Positions 10,379-20,559 of a stretch of DNA of 64,000 nt are shown here, one piece after another; position 1 is the stretch's first letter; the number at the start of each line of letters is the position of its first letter. The translations under genes were made by a program, and so were the position numbers. Location: positions 29,206 through 93,205 of the forward strand of contig CAZCTN010000006.1 of the NCBI GenBank assembly GCA_964501655.1. Direction: 5' to 3'. The DNA is from an uncultured Syntrophomonas sp. (GTDB taxonomy: Bacteria > Bacillota > Syntrophomonadia > Syntrophomonadales > Syntrophomonadaceae). Under the pieces are notes generated by a model. That model was not told the DNA's origin, did not search any database, and saw only the letters and a list, made by a program, of their open reading frames with translations.

Positions 10379-11797
10379 TCACATGAATATCTGGATAGCG
10401 TACCCGGCTAGTTGGGATAAGGGGCCGGGGTAGACTCCCAGGAGGATGGTAGCCAGTACGCACACCCATAGTGCGACAGTGCTGCCCCATCCCAGAGACA
10501 CTGGTGCTTGATCCGAGTTTTCCCCGATGTACATGGCTTTGGAAACTCCCAGGTAATAGTAAACCGAGACCATGCTCATCACCAGACCCAAGAGGGCCAG
10601 CCAGAGATAGCCGGCTTCTATGGCTCCGGCAAACAAGTAGAACTTGCCCGCGAAGCCTGCCATGGGCGGAATTCCGGCCAGGGACAGCATGCATATGGTC
10701 ATTATAGCGGCCAGCAGGGGCGAACGTTTGCTCAAACCGGCAAAGGCCTCGATATCAGTTCGTCCGGTATCTGCTTCCACCGCGGCAGCCACAGCAAATG
10801 CACCCACATTGGCAAAAACATATATCATGGCATAAAACAATACTCCTTTCAAACCATATGAGTTGGCGGCAGCCAGCCCTACCAGAATATATCCGGCTTG
10901 GGCAATGCTGGAGTATGCCAAGAGTCTCTTAATATCCTGCTGGGAAAGGGCTATAAGGTTTCCGATAATAATGGTCAGAGCAGCCAGGACCGCCAGGAGC
11001 AGGCTCCAGTTGAATACTGAACCCTGGTCTGCTGCGGCCATGAATACCCGCAGAAGGGCGGCAAAACCTGCCGCTTTGGAAGCCACCGAAAGATAGGTGG
11101 TAACCGGAATGGGCGCTCCCTGGTAAATGTCCGGGGTCCACATGTGGAAAGGCACTACCGAAACCTTGAAGGCGAAACCGGCGATTATCATCGCCATTCC
11201 AGCTATGACAGCCGCCGATGAAGTAAAGGACGCTCCTATGTCTATAAAATTGGTGCTTCCCAGGCTGGCATAGATCAGGCTGATGCCAAAGAGGAGGATA
11301 GCTGAAGATATGGCACCCAGGATCAGGTATTTTAATCCGGCTTCACCCGAAAGCTTATCAGTCTTCAGATAAGCGGTCAGAATATAGAAACTTATGGTCA
11401 TCAGCTCCAGACCCAAATAAAGGGTGATGAATTCCCCGGCTGAAACCATAAGCATCATGCCCAGGGTGGCAAATATCATCAGACCGTAAAATTCATTGCT
11501 TTTCTCTTCAAACCGGCTGATATACCGTCCCGCCATTAGCATGACCAGGATGCCGGCACTGAGGAATAATATCTTGAAATAATTGCCATACAAGTCAATC
11601 TGGTAAACCCCGTTGAACAAACCGGCTTCCCGGGAATAGCTCAGGGCTAAATAAAGCAGCACCAGGCTCAACCCGGATACAGACAGGCCATTGACATACT
11701 TCCCTGCCTTTTGGGGCAGGGCCAGACCCAGGATCAACACCGCCAACCCTAGCAGGGCCATCAGGATTTCAGCTGCCAGTATCGAAAAATCCATCAT
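10379..11797 (-). CDS. nuoN: NADH-quinone oxidoreductase subunit N
   Basis: Polytopic antiporter-like protein at the last position of the nuo operon. ATG 11797 lies 6 nt after GGAGG and overlaps the nuoM stop. Confidence 0.85.
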   Translation of the reverse strand: MMDFSILAAEILMALLGLAVLILGLALPQKAGKYVNGLSVSGLSLVLLYLALSYSREAGLFNGVYQIDLYGNYFKILFLSAGILVMLMAGRYISRFEEKSNEFYGLMIFATLGMMLMVSAGEFITLYLGLELMTISFYILTAYLKTDKLSGEAGLKYLILGAISSAILLFGISLIYASLGSTNFIDIGASFTSSAAVIAGMAMIIAGFAFKVSVVPFHMWTPDIYQGAPIPVTTYLSVASKAAGFAALLRVFMAAADQGSVFNWSLLLAVLAALTIIIGNLIALSQQDIKRLLAYSSIAQAGYILVGLAAANSYGLKGVLFYAMIYVFANVGAFAVAAAVEADTGRTDIEAFAGLSKRSPLLAAIMTICMLSLAGIPPMAGFAGKFYLFAGAIEAGYLWLALLGLVMSMVSVYYYLGVSKAMYIGENSDQAPVSLGWGSTVALWVCVLATILLGVYPGPLSQLAGYAIQIFM

Positions 11798-13302
11798 AAC
11801 CAACCTCCTATCTGCAGCAGTCCAATCTGCGCTGCCAGTGCTCCTACCCCATTATTGATCAGATCCATCAGGGTAAAGGGGAGGAAACCTCCCAGGAATA
11901 TTGCCGATCCCAGTACTACCAGGGGCACCATCTCCACACCTTTTAGATCCTGGAGATGATCCCACTTCTCATTACGGGGACCAAACAACATCCTGCCCAG
12001 GGCTCGCAGAACATAAAGGGCGGTGAAAACGATTCCTGATATGGCCAGGATGGTTATTACTCTATAGGTACCGAAAGCTCCTACAAATATGGTAAACTCG
12101 CCAATAAAATTCACCATGCCCGGCAAGCCCAAGGAAGCCAAACCGGCAATCATAAAGCCTGCAGTGAGTTTCGGCATCTGATGAGCCAGTCCTCCGAAAT
12201 CTTCGATATTGCGGGTGTGGCTCTTTTCATACAGGTTGCCGATCATGGCAAAGAAGAGGGCCGCCATCACCCCGTGGGCGAACATCATGATAACCGCGCC
12301 ATTCAAGCTGATTAAATTCAAGGCCGCGATTCCTACCAGCACATAGCCCATGTGGCTTACACTGGAGTAACCCACTATGTACTTCAAATCCTTCTGGCTT
12401 AAACAGATATAGGCGGCATATACAATATTTCCAACCGCAAGCACCGCGATAATAGGGGCTACAATTGCTGCCCCAACCGGCAGAATAGTAATCGCTATGC
12501 GGATTAAGCCGTATCCCCCGATTTTCTTCAGCACCCCGGCGTGGATCATGCTCACCGCAGTGGGCGCTCCGGCATAACCATCCGGCGACCAGGCGTGAAA
12601 GGGGAACATGGATAACAAGGTGCCAAAACCAAAGGCCATAAAGGCAAATACCAGAATTTGAAATTCCACCCCATAGTCCAGGGTGGCCAGGAAGGCCATA
12701 TCCATACTGGCAATGCCGCTGATCGCTTGTGCCTGCACAAAAAGAGCTATTAAGCCGGTTAGTAAAAAGGCGCTGCCTATCAACAGATAAATGGTAAGTT
12801 TCATGCCAGCGTACTCCTTGCTGACCCGTTTGGTACTGCCAAACATAATTACCAGCAGATAAATGGGTATAACTACCACCTCATAGAACAGGAAGAAAAT
12901 AAACAGATCGGTAGTAATAAAGGTTCCCATTACCCCGGCTATCAGTATTAACAGCAGAGCAAAGAATTCCTTGACCCGCTCGGCCAGGTTCCAGGAAGCA
13001 TATACGGAACTGAATCCAATCAGATTAGTCAATAGCAGCATGGGGATACTTATCCCGTCTACTCCCAGGGCATAGTTGACTCCCAGGTCTTTGATCCAGG
13101 GTATGGTTTCTACAAACTGCATACCCCCAGCTGCCCGGTCATAAGCCAGGAATACCGCTATAGACAGCAGCAAGCTGATCAGGGTGGCGAATGCTGCCGT
13201 CCACTTTATCCCTTTATGCTGTTGGGCAGGCAGGCCCATAATAAGCATGGCTCCCAGCAAAGGTATCACCAGGGTTATAGTTAATACCGGTATTTCGTTC
13301 AT
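11794..13302 (-). CDS. nuoM: NADH-quinone oxidoreductase subunit M
   Basis: 502-aa antiporter-like subunit; operon position between L and N. Confidence 0.85.
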   Translation of the reverse strand: MNEIPVLTITLVIPLLGAMLIMGLPAQQHKGIKWTAAFATLISLLLSIAVFLAYDRAAGGMQFVETIPWIKDLGVNYALGVDGISIPMLLLTNLIGFSSVYASWNLAERVKEFFALLLILIAGVMGTFITTDLFIFFLFYEVVVIPIYLLVIMFGSTKRVSKEYAGMKLTIYLLIGSAFLLTGLIALFVQAQAISGIASMDMAFLATLDYGVEFQILVFAFMAFGFGTLLSMFPFHAWSPDGYAGAPTAVSMIHAGVLKKIGGYGLIRIAITILPVGAAIVAPIIAVLAVGNIVYAAYICLSQKDLKYIVGYSSVSHMGYVLVGIAALNLISLNGAVIMMFAHGVMAALFFAMIGNLYEKSHTRNIEDFGGLAHQMPKLTAGFMIAGLASLGLPGMVNFIGEFTIFVGAFGTYRVITILAISGIVFTALYVLRALGRMLFGPRNEKWDHLQDLKGVEMVPLVVLGSAIFLGGFLPFTLMDLINNGVGALAAQIGLLQIGGWL

Positions 13303-13319
13303 TTACTACCTACCCCCTT

Positions 13320-15209
13320 TCATAATACTGCGGACTCTACGGCTATGGCTCCCAGCACTACCAGGATTAATACCCCGGCCATCATGTACATGGCATAGCT
13401 CTGAACCTGTCCATCTTCGGTGTATTTTAAGCTGTCCCCGCTTTTCCCGGTTAGATATGCAATGCCGTTAACAAACCCGTTAACTATATGGATATCGATC
13501 CAGAACATAACCCGGGCTCCCCCGTAAACCAGTATCTCACCCAGGCGGGTATATATTTCATCGATATAGTATTTATTCTGCACCAGGGTATAGAGTCCAG
13601 AAAATTTCTGGCGCAGGGCTTCATGGCTGATAACATTTTTCTGGTAGATCAACCAGGCCAGTAAGATTCCGGCCCCGGCGATAAGGGAAGATGATACCAT
13701 TATACCGATACTGGGATGAGGGTGGATGCCCAGAGGACTGTTAACATATTCCCCGAACACATGATGCATAAGGGGCGAGTTAACGAAACCAACCAGGACG
13801 GCTGCCACCGCCAGTATTACCAGCGGAACAGTAATTACTCCTCTGTTCTCGTGGGCTTTTTCCTGCCCATAGGTATTACTGCCATAGAAGGCGGTGAATA
13901 TCAGGCGGAACATGTAAAAAGCGGTCATAAAGGCCACCACTACTCCCAGCACATATAATCCTATGTGACCGCTAGAGTAGGCGGCCAGGAGGATCTCGTC
14001 CTTACTCCAAAATCCGGACAGGGGGGGTATCCCGGAGAGGGCCAGGGCTCCGATAATAAAAGTCCAGGTGGTTATCGGCATTTTCCGGGATAGATTGCCC
14101 ATTTTCCAGATGTTCTGTTCCTCGTGCATGGCATGTATCACACTGCCCGCGCCCAGGAATAACAGGCTCTTAAAGAAGGCATGGGTCATTAAATGGAACA
14201 TTCCGGCGGTCATAGCTCCTATGCCCATAGCCATCATCATATAACCCAACTGGCTCAAGGTTGAATAGGCCAGTATTCTTTTTATATCATTCTGAGTAAT
14301 AGCTATGGTGGCGGCAAACAGGGCGGTAAAGCCGCCTACTACGGCTATTACGGTCATAGCCTGGGGTACGCTGGCAAATATGAAGAAGGCCCTGGCCACC
14401 AGGTACACCCCGGCAGCTACCATGGTGGCAGCATGAATCAATGCGCTGACTGGGGTGGGTCCTTCCATGGCATCCGGCAGCCACCCGTGCAGGGGGAACT
14501 GGGCTGATTTGCCCATGGGGCCGAAGAACAACAGTATGGCAACCGGAATCAGCACTGCGACATTCTGATATCCAGGTATTACATGGGCCAGAGCGGTAAA
14601 GCTAAGAGTACCGAATATTATCTGCAAAAAGAGTATCCCCAGCAAGAACCCAAAGTCTCCTACCCGGTTGGTTATAAAGGCTTTGATGGCGGCATTCTTG
14701 GCCGAGTCCAGCCCAAACCAGAAGCCGATCAGGAAGTAGGAACAAATTCCCACCAGTTCCCAGAACACAAACATCTGTCCAAAGTTGTTGGCCATTACCA
14801 GTCCCAGCATGGAGGCGGCAAACAGGCTTTGATAGCCGTAATAACTGGCGAAACCTGGATCACCTTCCATGTAGCCCAGGGAGTAAATCTGCACCAGGGT
14901 GGCAATAGAGGTTACTACCAGCAGCATTACCGCTGTCAGCGGGTCCAGCAGCAGCCCCATATCTACCTGCAAACCAGGCATCTGCAGCCAGCGCATCGAG
15001 TACTCAAATACTGCTCCCCCGGGTTCTGCAAATACTGCCGACGCCAGTGGAATAGAAAATATACAGGCCGCAGCAATACTGAGTATGGATAAACCTGCTG
15101 ATATACCGGGCCAGCGGTGCACGAATAAGAAGATCAATGCGGCGGCCAGAAAAGGCAAGAAGGCTATCAGCCAGGCGTTGGGCAAAATAAATTCATACAT
15201 ATTCATCAC
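13320..15209 (-). CDS. nuoL: NADH-quinone oxidoreductase subunit L
   Basis: 629-aa antiporter-like subunit with the long C-terminal extension typical of NuoL. Confidence 0.85.
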   Translation of the reverse strand: MMNMYEFILPNAWLIAFLPFLAAALIFLFVHRWPGISAGLSILSIAAACIFSIPLASAVFAEPGGAVFEYSMRWLQMPGLQVDMGLLLDPLTAVMLLVVTSIATLVQIYSLGYMEGDPGFASYYGYQSLFAASMLGLVMANNFGQMFVFWELVGICSYFLIGFWFGLDSAKNAAIKAFITNRVGDFGFLLGILFLQIIFGTLSFTALAHVIPGYQNVAVLIPVAILLFFGPMGKSAQFPLHGWLPDAMEGPTPVSALIHAATMVAAGVYLVARAFFIFASVPQAMTVIAVVGGFTALFAATIAITQNDIKRILAYSTLSQLGYMMMAMGIGAMTAGMFHLMTHAFFKSLLFLGAGSVIHAMHEEQNIWKMGNLSRKMPITTWTFIIGALALSGIPPLSGFWSKDEILLAAYSSGHIGLYVLGVVVAFMTAFYMFRLIFTAFYGSNTYGQEKAHENRGVITVPLVILAVAAVLVGFVNSPLMHHVFGEYVNSPLGIHPHPSIGIMVSSSLIAGAGILLAWLIYQKNVISHEALRQKFSGLYTLVQNKYYIDEIYTRLGEILVYGGARVMFWIDIHIVNGFVNGIAYLTGKSGDSLKYTEDGQVQSYAMYMMAGVLILVVLGAIAVESAVL

Positions 15210-15210
15210 C

Positions 15211-15519
15211 TCACCACTTCAACAGATTAAAATCGTGCAGATCCACTGATCCGCGCTGCCGGTAAATGGATATGACCAGAGCCAGGCCCACGGCTATTTC
15301 GGCAGCGGCTACCACGATAACGAAAACGGAAAACAATTGACCTACTGCGCTGTCGGGGGCAATATACTTGTTGGCGGCTACAAAATTAATGTTAACCGCA
15401 TTCAGCATCAGTTCCACTGACATCAACACCGCTACCGCATTGCGCCGGGTCAAAACTCCAAAAATCCCTATGCAAAATATAATAGTACCCAATAATAAAT
15501 AATGGGGTAATCCGATCAC
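15211..15519 (-). CDS. nuoK: NADH-quinone oxidoreductase subunit K
   Basis: 102 aa, three TM helices; operon position. Confidence 0.85.
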   Translation of the reverse strand: MIGLPHYLLLGTIIFCIGIFGVLTRRNAVAVLMSVELMLNAVNINFVAANKYIAPDSAVGQLFSVFVIVVAAAEIAVGLALVISIYRQRGSVDLHDFNLLKW

Positions 15520-16043
15520 TTGTTTTCAACCCCCTTAGCCAGAATAATGGCCCCTACCACTGCTACCAGCAGCAATATGGCCGCCGCCTCAAAAGCTATC
15601 ACATAGTCCCCCAGCATCAACTCGGCCAGCAGGCCCGGAGAGTTGTCCGGACCTGGCCGCCCGGTCAGCGGCCAGCTGGTAAACCCCATAACTGCCATCA
15701 AGGCGGTCAGCATCATGGCAGTTATTGTGCCGCCGATAAAAACTTCCCGGGTTCTGGGACTGCTAAGGTTGGTCTCTCCCGCCGCCCGGTTCATTACCAG
15801 CATGATGGCAAATATGATTAAAACCGATATGGCTCCGGCATATACCAGGATCTGTATTACTCCCAGGAAGCCAGCATTCAGTTGGAAGTAGACGGCTGCT
15901 GCCCCCAGAAATGCCAGGATCAGGCTCAAGGCGCTGTAAATAATATTTCTGAACAAGACCACCCCCAGGGCGGCGGTAATGGTTATTCCGGCGATAACTA
16001 TGAATACTGCATCAAATAATGTGACGGAGGCCAGATTAAGCAT
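15516..16043 (-). CDS. nuoJ: NADH-quinone oxidoreductase subunit J
   Basis: Start moved to ATG 16043 (GGAGGAA 7 nt upstream, ATGCTTAA overlap with the nuoI stop). The track start at 16106 would add a charged non-membrane leader. Confidence 0.8.
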   Translation of the reverse strand: MLNLASVTLFDAVFIVIAGITITAALGVVLFRNIIYSALSLILAFLGAAAVYFQLNAGFLGVIQILVYAGAISVLIIFAIMLVMNRAAGETNLSSPRTREVFIGGTITAMMLTALMAVMGFTSWPLTGRPGPDNSPGLLAELMLGDYVIAFEAAAILLLVAVVGAIILAKGVENK

Positions 16044-16725
16044 CTGTGTTTCCTCCTTCCTGGTCACTCTCTTCTCTGGCCCGGTTTTTCTTTTCTTTGT
16101 TAACAAAACCGCTGGCCACCTTAACTGCTTTTTCCTTATCTTTAACCATAAGTTCAGCCATCTTTGCGGCTGTTTTCTGGTCCGACTGTATCAACTCAGC
16201 CAGAATATTGATATCCTCCTCCGCTTTCAGCAGCTTTGACAGCACTTTCTGCGGACTCTTCTCCAGCGCTTTTAACATGGCTGCAATCTGCTTCTGCTCT
16301 TTATCTTCCTGCTCAGCCGATCCTTCCTCCGCCTCATCCAGTCCTTCAGGTCTCTGGTAGATCATTTTAATGTCTTCCCGGCTAAAGCGGGATAGTTCAA
16401 ATTCATGATCAAAGTGCAGGCAGGAAGTAGGACAGCCTTCCACACACAGGTTGCAGAACATACAGTATTGGAAATCTATAGTGTAGTTTAAGAGTTTTTT
16501 CTTCTTACCTTTTTCATTCTTATCAGTTTCAAAGGACAGCACATCATTGGGGCAGTTGTTGACGCAAATCCCGCAGGCTATACATTTTTCGAACTGAAAA
16601 CGCAGGCAGCCCCTGAACCGGGGTGCCAGCCGGGGCATTACGTCGGGGTATTGCTCGGTTATCTCTTTCTGAAAAAAATGCTTAAAGGTAATACCCAGTC
16701 CTTTTATTAATCCCTGTCCATTCAT
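16036..16725 (-). CDS. nuoI: NADH-quinone oxidoreductase subunit I (2x[4Fe-4S] ferredoxin-type) with a C-terminal Lys/Glu-rich extension of about 100 aa
   Basis: Two CxxCxxCxxxCP motifs (CIACGICVNNCP, CMFCNLCVEGCP), then the tail DEAEEGSAEQEDKEQKQIAAMLKALEK...[13 protein letters not shown]. Confidence 0.85.
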   Translation of the reverse strand: MNGQGLIKGLGITFKHFFQKEITEQYPDVMPRLAPRFRGCLRFQFEKCIACGICVNNCPNDVLSFETDKNEKGKKKKLLNYTIDFQYCMFCNLCVEGCPTSCLHFDHEFELSRFSREDIKMIYQRPEGLDEAEEGSAEQEDKEQKQIAAMLKALEKSPQKVLSKLLKAEEDINILAELIQSDQKTAAKMAELMVKDKEKAVKVASGFVNKEKKNRAREESDQEGGNTDA

Positions 16726-16728
16726 TAC

Positions 16729-17769
16729 TTAACACCACCCCATCCATTGGCAAAAGTAGATCCCGGCCCCGGTAAGCAGTATATTGCCCAAGCTGACTGG
16801 AACCAGCACTTTCCAACTGAAGGACATCAGGTGGTCCATACGGATTCGGGGAAAGGTCCATTTTACCCAGAAGAATACCAGTATTATCCCGTAGGTCTTG
16901 ATAATAATCCATAGCCAGGAGGGCAGCCAGGGTCCCTGCCAGCCCCCCAGGAATACTGTGGCCATCAAGGCTGAAACGGCTACCAGATTGGTATATTCGG
17001 CCAGGAAGAACAAGGCCCAGCGCATACCGGTATATTCGGTATATGCTCCCCCGGTCAGCTCCTGCTCGGCTTCCGGCATGTCAAAGGGTCCCCGGTTCAA
17101 TTCAGCGGTTGCGGCAATAAAATAGGTTATGAAGGCTATGGGCTGCAGGATTATGAACCACAGCTTGTCCTGGGCTGCTACGATATCCTGCAGGTTTAAC
17201 GAGCCAGTGATCATAACTACTCCCAGCAGGGAAAAGGCCAGGGGTATTTCATAGCTTACCATCTGGGCTACTGATCGCACCGCCCCCATCAATGACCATT
17301 TGTTGTTTGAGCCCCAGCCCGCCATTAACAGAGCTATGGTGGCCAGAGAACCTATTGAAATAAAGAATAAAAGTCCGATGTTCAAGTTGACGACTTCCAT
17401 TCCTTCTCCCATAGGTATAACTGTATAGAGCATGACAGCTATGACGATAAATAACATGGGAGCGGTCTTGAAGATCAATTTGTCTGCTACTGAAGGAACA
17501 ATGTCCTCCTTGGTTAATAGCTTGATGGCATCGGCTATAGTCTGAAATATTCCGAACGGTCCCAGCCGATTGGGTCCCAGCCTCTCCTGGAAGAAGGCGC
17601 TGACTTTTCTTTCCAGCCAGATCAGAATAATAATATTAAGAGTGATAATAGTAATTACTATTATCCATTTAACTAGCAGCAATATGGCATCGGCCCAAGC
17701 CGGATCCAAGCCCAGACTTACTATCCAGCCGGTAAAAGCTGCCGCCAAGTTGATAAACAAAGGTTCCAT
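16729..17769 (-). CDS. nuoH: NADH-quinone oxidoreductase subunit H
   Basis: 346-aa polytopic protein with NuoH/ND1-like sequence (ERKVSAFFQERLGPNRLGPFGIFQ). Confidence 0.9.
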   Translation of the reverse strand: MEPLFINLAAAFTGWIVSLGLDPAWADAILLLVKWIIVITIITLNIIILIWLERKVSAFFQERLGPNRLGPFGIFQTIADAIKLLTKEDIVPSVADKLIFKTAPMLFIVIAVMLYTVIPMGEGMEVVNLNIGLLFFISIGSLATIALLMAGWGSNNKWSLMGAVRSVAQMVSYEIPLAFSLLGVVMITGSLNLQDIVAAQDKLWFIILQPIAFITYFIAATAELNRGPFDMPEAEQELTGGAYTEYTGMRWALFFLAEYTNLVAVSALMATVFLGGWQGPWLPSWLWIIIKTYGIILVFFWVKWTFPRIRMDHLMSFSWKVLVPVSLGNILLTGAGIYFCQWMGWC

Positions 17770-17821
17770 ATACTATTCGCTCCTCTTGAGTGAAATTGGC
17801 CAATTAGCTTGACGCTGATTA

Positions 17822-18922
17822 TTATCTATCTGATTCCCCCAGTATCGGGTCCAGGGTAGCAATATTGGTTATGAGGTCCTGGAATACCCCGCCCCGACAT
17901 ACCAGGGGCAGTACCATCAGGTTAATAAAGGACGGAGCCCTCACATGCAGGCGATAGGGTTTACTGCTCCCATCACTGACCATATAGTAGCCCAACTCGC
18001 CTTTGGCTGACTCGATCCGATGATAGACTTCCTTGCCCGGATCGGGTTTTAATACCTTGGGGACCCGGGTGCTGATCTCTCCCTCCGGCATCCCCTCCAG
18101 GGCTTGTTCGATTATCCGGCCGCTCTGCCTGATTTCTTCGATCCTAACCTGCCACCGGTCCAGGGAATCTCCCCGGTCCCCGGTGGGAATATCAAATTCA
18201 AAGCGAGGATAAATCCCATAGGGGTCAGCTTTACGCAAGTCATAGGATATTCCGCTGGCTCTCAAATTGGGTCCGGTGACTCCATAATTGATGGCGTCTT
18301 GAGGATCAAGGATGCCGACTCCCTGCATGCGGGCGGCCCATATTTCGTTCCCGGTCATAAGACCATTGTATTCGTCAATCATTAAGGGGATATCCTTAAC
18401 CAGGCTCTTAACCGCCGGGATGAATCCTTCCGGGATATCATCCGCCACTCCTCCTATCCTGATGTAGGATGACAGTAAGCGCTGTCCGCCAGTCATTTCG
18501 AAAATATTCATAATCCGCTCCCGGTCCCGCATCCCGTACATCAAGGCGGTAGTAGCCCCCAGGTCTATCCCGGTAGCGGCGATGGCGATTTGGTGGGAGG
18601 CAATCCGGGACAATTCAGCCATGATAACGCGTATATATTCAGCTCGTTCAGGCACCTGGATACTCAGGAGTTTTTCCACACTCTGGCAATAACCCAGAAC
18701 CGGCAGATTGGTAGCCAGGTAGTCCAGCCGTGCAGTATAGGGCACAAATTGCTGATAAGTTTTACCTTCAGCTATCTTCTCTACGCTTCTATGTACATAA
18801 CCCAGATGAACGATAACATCCTGGATTATCTCTCCATCCATGAAGGCTTCCGCATGCAGGCCTCCATGGGTGCTGGGATGGATGGGCCCGACGTTGACCG
18901 TATATTGATCAGTCTGAAACAC
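17822..18922 (-). CDS. nuoD: NADH-quinone oxidoreductase subunit D
   Basis: 366 aa with NuoD/49-kDa-like sequence (GPIHPSTHG..., LDPILGESDR at the C-terminus). GTG start overlaps the nuoC stop. Confidence 0.9.
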   Translation of the reverse strand: MFQTDQYTVNVGPIHPSTHGGLHAEAFMDGEIIQDVIVHLGYVHRSVEKIAEGKTYQQFVPYTARLDYLATNLPVLGYCQSVEKLLSIQVPERAEYIRVIMAELSRIASHQIAIAATGIDLGATTALMYGMRDRERIMNIFEMTGGQRLLSSYIRIGGVADDIPEGFIPAVKSLVKDIPLMIDEYNGLMTGNEIWAARMQGVGILDPQDAINYGVTGPNLRASGISYDLRKADPYGIYPRFEFDIPTGDRGDSLDRWQVRIEEIRQSGRIIEQALEGMPEGEISTRVPKVLKPDPGKEVYHRIESAKGELGYYMVSDGSSKPYRLHVRAPSFINLMVLPLVCRGGVFQDLITNIATLDPILGESDR

Positions 18923-19375
18923 TTACTTTCTCCCTCCCATCACATAGTCTTTACGCAGGGGATGCCCGTCAAAACCTTCCGGCAGCAGCACCCGAATCAA
19001 GTTGGGATGGCCTTTGAACTTAATCCCCATCAGATCATACACTTCTCTCTCCTGCCAATCGGCCGTGCTCCATATATGAATAAGAGAATCCACTTCAGCC
19101 GCATTCCGGGGAACCCGGGTCTTAACCAGCACCTGGTTGTTTTCCGGGATAGAATAAAGGTGATAGAGTATCTCAAACTCCTGGCCATAATCTACCGAAG
19201 TCAGATTGGCCAGGTGGTTAAAACCATATTCATCTCTGAGCGTCTTCATCAAGTTGAGCAGTTGGAGGCTGTCTATGCCTAAAATGGTGAAAAACTGATC
19301 ACTGCTGATTTTCAATCCATCCCCCAGCAAGCCTCCCAACTCCTGTACCATCTTCTCCATATTGAATTCCTGCAA
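18923..19375 (-). CDS. nuoC: NADH-quinone oxidoreductase subunit C
   Basis: 150-aa 30-kDa-subunit-like protein (WQEREVYDLMGIKFKGHPNL). Confidence 0.85.
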   Translation of the reverse strand: MQEFNMEKMVQELGGLLGDGLKISSDQFFTILGIDSLQLLNLMKTLRDEYGFNHLANLTSVDYGQEFEILYHLYSIPENNQVLVKTRVPRNAAEVDSLIHIWSTADWQEREVYDLMGIKFKGHPNLIRVLLPEGFDGHPLRKDYVMGGRK

Positions 19376-19379
19376 AATA

Positions 19380-19892
19380 TCAACTCCTCCGGTATTGGCC
19401 CTGCTGGACTTTCTTTTTTAATTCCAGCATGCCGTGGAACAGGGCCTCCGGCCTAACCGGGCAACCCGGGATATATACATCCACCGGTATTATGGAATCT
19501 ACTCCCGGCAGTACACTGTAGCCATCCTTAAAAGGTCCGCCGCTAATGGCACAATTACCCATGGCGATTACCCATTTGGGTTCCGGCATCTGAGCCCACA
19601 CCCGCAGTATCGCCGGCTTCATCTTAAGGGTAATAGGACCGGCTACCGTCAGCAGATCTGCTTGGCGGGGAACTGCTCTTACTACCTCATATCCGAACCG
19701 GGCTTGATCGAACCGGCCGGCCCCAGCCGCCATAACCTCGATAGGACAGCAATTACAGCCATAATTCAACGGCCAGAAGGACCAGGACCGTCCCCAGTTC
19801 CACAATTTATCAAAAGTAGTAACCAGTATATTGTTCCTGGCCAGTTCTTCCACATCATTTAGCTTATCATTGTCCTTGCTTTCTAATACCAT
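19380..19892 (-). CDS. nuoB: NADH-quinone oxidoreductase subunit B
   Basis: NuoB/PSST-like (CCPIEVMAAG..., GNCAISGGPF, IPGCPVRPEAL). The start is more likely ATG 19892 (purine-rich RBS) than 19922. Confidence 0.85.
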   Translation of the reverse strand: MVLESKDNDKLNDVEELARNNILVTTFDKLWNWGRSWSFWPLNYGCNCCPIEVMAAGAGRFDQARFGYEVVRAVPRQADLLTVAGPITLKMKPAILRVWAQMPEPKWVIAMGNCAISGGPFKDGYSVLPGVDSIIPVDVYIPGCPVRPEALFHGMLELKKKVQQGQYRRS

Positions 19893-20248
19893 TCCAAAGC
19901 CCCTTCTTTCCATGCGTACCATAAGCCGATCAAGAGAATAGCAATGAAGATTATCATTTCAATAAAAGCGAAAGGTCCTAAAACCTGGAATTTTACCGCC
20001 CAGGGATAGAGAAACAGTATTTCTACATCAAAAGCCAGAAATACCAGGGCATACAAAAAGTAGTTCACCTTAAATCTGATCCAGGTCTTCCCCCGGGTGT
20101 CTACCCCGCACTCATAAGTAAGAAACTTCTCATCATCCGGGGGCGCTTTAGGTTTGGGGCGGAAAAGCCAGGCCAGGGCCATGGCCGCGATGGGAAAGGC
20201 CAGGGTGAACAGAAAAAATAAACCCAGAGTCGGATATTCAGCCAACAA
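19883..20248 (-). CDS. nuoA: NADH-quinone oxidoreductase subunit A
   Basis: 121 aa, three TM helices, YECG motif (LTYECGVD); first gene of the operon; stop is TAG. Confidence 0.85.
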   Translation of the reverse strand: MLAEYPTLGLFFLFTLAFPIAAMALAWLFRPKPKAPPDDEKFLTYECGVDTRGKTWIRFKVNYFLYALVFLAFDVEILFLYPWAVKFQVLGPFAFIEMIIFIAILLIGLWYAWKEGALEWY

Positions 20249-20343
20249 GAATATCTCCTCCTTTCATATTATGAATTCCACCTTTATCCATATTATATCC
20301 TTAAACTCATGTTTTCCTTCTATATTATAGATGTATGATTGCG

Positions 20344-20372
20344 TTGACAGGCTGCCCAAATAGACGTAAAAT
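20344..20372 (+). promoter_or_regulatory. Sigma-A type promoter candidate (TTGACA-17 nt-TAAAAT) facing the 20560 gene
   Basis: TTGACA at 20344..20349, a 17-nt spacer, TAAAAT at 20367..20372. Confidence 0.5.
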
Positions 20373-20440
20373 TTCATTGAGTTATATAAACACATTATAC
20401 TTATTATAATAGTTTATTATCTTTATACCAGCATTCTATT

Positions 20441-20497
20441 GTTAATTCTGGGTTAATTCCTTTTCTCTCATTATTACTTGGTTAATTTTGGGTTAAT
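20441..20497. promoter_or_regulatory. Direct repeat of a 17-mer (GTTAATTYTGGGTTAAT), exactly 40 bp apart, giving four GTTAAT hexamers; operator-like array
   Basis: gttaattctgggttaat at 20441..20457 and gttaattttgggttaat at 20481..20497. Confidence 0.5.
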
Positions 20498-20559
20498 GCG
20501 TGAAACACAAAATACCGCAGCAGGTATTCTAAAATAATAAAATAGAGGAGATGATAATA

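Noticed and set aside
16044-16106. The 21-aa charged N-terminal extension of NuoJ from the track start
   Set aside because: It lies inside the nuoI tail coding region. ATG 16043 has a GGAGGAA RBS and the typical ATGnnTAA coupling overlap.
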